This document shows positions 62,488 through 64,000 of a stretch of DNA of 64,000 nucleotides, piece by piece. Each line of letters begins with the position of its first letter. Position 1 is the first letter of the stretch. Source of the DNA: Paraspadella gotoi (Eukaryota > Animalia > Chaetognatha). The stretch is from assembly GCA_051294375.1 (NCBI GenBank), contig CM119271.1, positions 14,514,770-14,578,769 of the forward strand, read 5' to 3'. Made by a program: the position numbers and the translations under genes. Under the pieces are notes generated by a model. It was not told the DNA's origin. It worked only from the letters and a program-made list of their open reading frames with translations, and made no database searches.

Positions 62488-63637
62488 CGTATCTTCGGGA
62501 GTGATATCGACGAAGCTCTTCTGCCAAGCGGCGTTGACGGAATGACATTCTCCCGACTTGACGTTGATGGAGAGGACGACGTCGTCCTCGACGAACTTGA
62601 GAATGAGGTTGTTCACGACTGGAAAAACAAAAGACGGACTTTCGAAAAAGAAGAAAGAAAATACAAAATTTTTCAAAACAATATAATAACAAATCAAACA
62701 AAACAAAAGTCGGAGGGACGAATGACACAATTGTTTGAGGCGGTTTGTTGTGAAATAGAAGATAGATAGATAACCCAAGATTTTTACCGATGTTGACGTT
62801 GTTGACGATTCGATTGACCAGACTTTGGATGTATCCTGGCGCCGGGACATCCTCGCCTGATTTCAGTAAACAAACAACTGCATTTTAATCGCCGAAAAAG
62901 CTGGTTCTTTGAATATATAACTAACTTTACTACCTCGTTTACGTATTTTAACAAAACCTGACGTTTTATTCCTCATCACAAGATGAGTTTTTTTTTTTCA
63001 AATCTTAAACAAACACGCAAGTATCGGTGCAATGTGCTAATTATAGTCTACCGGGGGTCAAAGCGGCGGCCGCGTTCTCTTGATGTCTCAAAGCTCTTTT
63101 GGCTTCTTTGGCTTTAATGTCGCCATCCGATTTGTTTTGAGCAGAAGCATCGCGAACCTACAAAGACGGATTCGGAGAAAAAGTCGTTAACGTCATTCAG
63201 ACCCTCGTGGACGAGCCACTGGACCGAGACCTTGACGACGCATTCGATGGTGTTGAAGGTGAGCAGGACGGGTTCGGAGCCCAATTTGGTCCAGGGAACG
63301 TGGAGTCTGAGCTCGTGGACATGACCGCTTACGAAAGTGATCGGAAGATTGAGGAGACCTTCGAGGGCGTCGAGGCGAAGGTCCACCTGGGCCGGGGATT
63401 CGGGATTCGATTTCTTCGCCAAGTTGAGCATTTAATATTAAAACCGAACAACGCCAAACAATCAGGGCAAATTCGGACATAAGTACTTAACATCCTGGCA
63501 CCTCTCCTCCTCATCACCTTATTCAAAACGGCGTCGCCTCCCCATAACGACAATTGAAAATCCTGCTGCTGGAGCTTGATGTATTTGTCGAGGTAAGAAA
63601 CGAGGAAGGGAGAGATGTAAGACTCCAATTTAAACAT
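32485..63637 (-). CDS. VPS13B: VPS13B (COH1) bridge-like lipid transfer protein, dozens of exons
   Basis: Chorein-N MFKLESYISPFLVSYLDKYIK..LSLWGGDAVLNK; VCGHSMEIN; VRLTFDDIFLC..DFQMDNQL; LFRAGWVIGSLELLGSPTGLVRS; GVGKGLAGVVTKPIGGAAELVAQTG; terminal exon HEFVIEPSLHDLFLSVF..FLV*. Not every internal junction verified. Confidence 0.96.
33560..33965 (-). repeat. Tandem array (62-78 bp units) of a VPS13B exon end plus its 5' splice site
   Basis: GACTCGCTG|GTGAGT recurs at ~33925, 33847, 33781, 33719 and 33649, with a degenerate copy at ~33568. Confidence 0.9.
37999..39360 (-). CDS. Intronless 453-aa ORF with one C2H2 finger, several SIM-like motifs and a Q/M-rich tail, nested in VPS13B intron 36936-40173
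   Basis: FECVICNSRFRVLESVKRHLRVH; VDVVVVD, VDVVDLC, SIVILD, SVVEIS, DEVEVVG; exon-like composition; AATAAA on the minus strand at 37738-37743. Confidence 0.8.
   Translation of the reverse strand: MESSSYVPRSFEEALKWQAIRRPAIVSLTRCPRTENAVHRLIAEKDFRNSLTESNDPSVDVVVVDSVMSLTNSDHVDDPVETSSPSVDVVDLCDETTPSLPLPVEFECVICNSRFRVLESVKRHLRVHGAVSPGTEARYFQTMQVKCAAVAPRVVNDVISRLNDAADSNGIKVINGGSTPAKRQLSSEKKDNLKIVNLVAEKEFFDPDDSIVILDGEEKSSPPPTNPSSRLSILPQPSSSTFSDAPSSNPPPKTSSLKRNSLEIDADLDDSVVEISPQPSPKRARSSPQNVECETIDDDEDEVEVVGSVPSRVDPSSVASSSSDLTASSRPTAGVRSPPQIPNLFPSQPPPQTSPAQQLLTRMLLQPQAIASLLPNSLQRPGMMAGPVAPEQLALLMRQLMQQSIQQSMQQQNDLAAHLARVLNLQSPQMNQLRQLNPQMASLLMQYLRKPPN
40835..41048. repeat. Three ~70-bp tandem units, probably internal to a non-autonomous DNA element spanning roughly 40660-41345
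   Basis: GGAGAAAAGAGA..AAGAATAAGCCCCTGCAGAGCCAGCTGCAGACTC three times; (GAC)n microsatellite near 41290. Confidence 0.8.
45303..47779 (-). mobile_element. Non-autonomous DIRS-type (tyrosine-recombinase class) retroelement in a VPS13B intron
   Basis: ITRs 45339-45478 / 47622-47765 with non-identical outer ends. ICR 46786-46874 is the reverse complement of the joined ends. AATT core at both ends and at the ICR centre. Confidence 0.85.
45500..46632 (-). pseudogene. Frameshifted gag-like ORF of the DIRS-type element
   Basis: Overlapping minus ORFs 46129-46632 and 45281-46357: S/E-rich start, helical LAKPLGDASSGLAAIFGSALSESRRLVV, then basic RKRGRG. No RT or YR motifs seen. Confidence 0.5.
54945..55260. 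repeat. AT-rich minisatellites (ATTGATTGATGTAATAGTA-like and GATGCGATGATAATCATT-like units) in VPS13B intron
   Basis: Directly visible ~20-bp tandem units. Confidence 0.9.
56173..56301. repeat. 64-bp tandem duplication of an intron body including its 3' splice site
   Basis: CAACTATAAAGCAAAAGGAAAATG..AACTTCAATG at 56173 and 56237, two mismatches. Confidence 0.9.
61050..61110 (-). ncRNA. Minimal type I hammerhead ribozyme motif (Penelope-like LTR fragment) in VPS13B intron
   Basis: CTGATGA-A-GACTCT-CAAGAC-AGAGTC-GAAA-CAT-GTC (61108 to 61073) followed by AATAAA; stem I only ~2 bp. Confidence 0.65.
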
Positions 63638-64000
63638 TTTCAACTTGGCTAACCGACGTCTCCCCTCGAATTCTTTCCGGTCGCTTTTCTAGCGACCTCG
63701 CGGCGTCAACTACTTTCTATCCATGATCAACAATTTATTCTTTTTTGTTTTTTATTTGAGGCAAAGACTGGAATCGCCGCTCGCGATATAAATCATTTCT
63801 TTTATAAAATTTGATTGAAGTCGTGACTCTGCAAACATTTAACACGATTAAGCGCGTGTAAAGTTCATAAACTTTTTTTGATAATTGAATCAAACACTAA
63901 CAAAAATGAAACTTCTCGTTTTCGTATAAAATCACAATGTGGACGGAATCGAATTATACAAAGCCGAACATTAAACGACGTAAATTGTAAAAATAAAAGC

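Noticed and set aside
47-63482. Numerous plus-strand ORFs of 60-250 aa in the ORF track
   Set aside because: They are antisense shadows of GC-rich minus-strand exons or of repeats (R/S/D-rich, no recognisable domains).
1-64000. Alternative genetic code or non-canonical intron ends
   Set aside because: All junctions traced were GT-AG, and traced exons translate without internal stops in the standard code.

Overview
Compact, intron-rich animal (invertebrate) genomic DNA with GC/CpG-rich exons, short AT-rich GT-AG introns and two 10-N assembly gaps. Manual splicing gives eleven housekeeping/germline genes lying head-to-tail, all on the minus strand. In transcription order they are VPS13B, RAD18, BTBD3/6, COPB2, BET1, TPK1, FAM162, CKS1, SMYD3-like, an SLC35A sugar-nucleotide transporter and maelstrom. 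A twelfth, intronless SIM/C2H2 ORF is nested on the same strand in a VPS13B intron. Stop-to-start spacers are only about 340-1340 bp, and most downstream genes have a U-rich tract plus an apparently unpaired splice acceptor before the ATG. This suggests a >60 kb operon-like polycistronic unit resolved by trans-splicing (inference; no SL RNA gene is seen here). Introns and spacers carry a DIRS-type mini-element with ITRs and an internal complementary region, tRNA-containing TG..CA solo-LTR-like repeats, a highly structured TRIM-like element, Penelope-type hammerhead remnants, a TIR element and duplicated splice sites. Exon coordinates were read by eye and may be off by a few bases.
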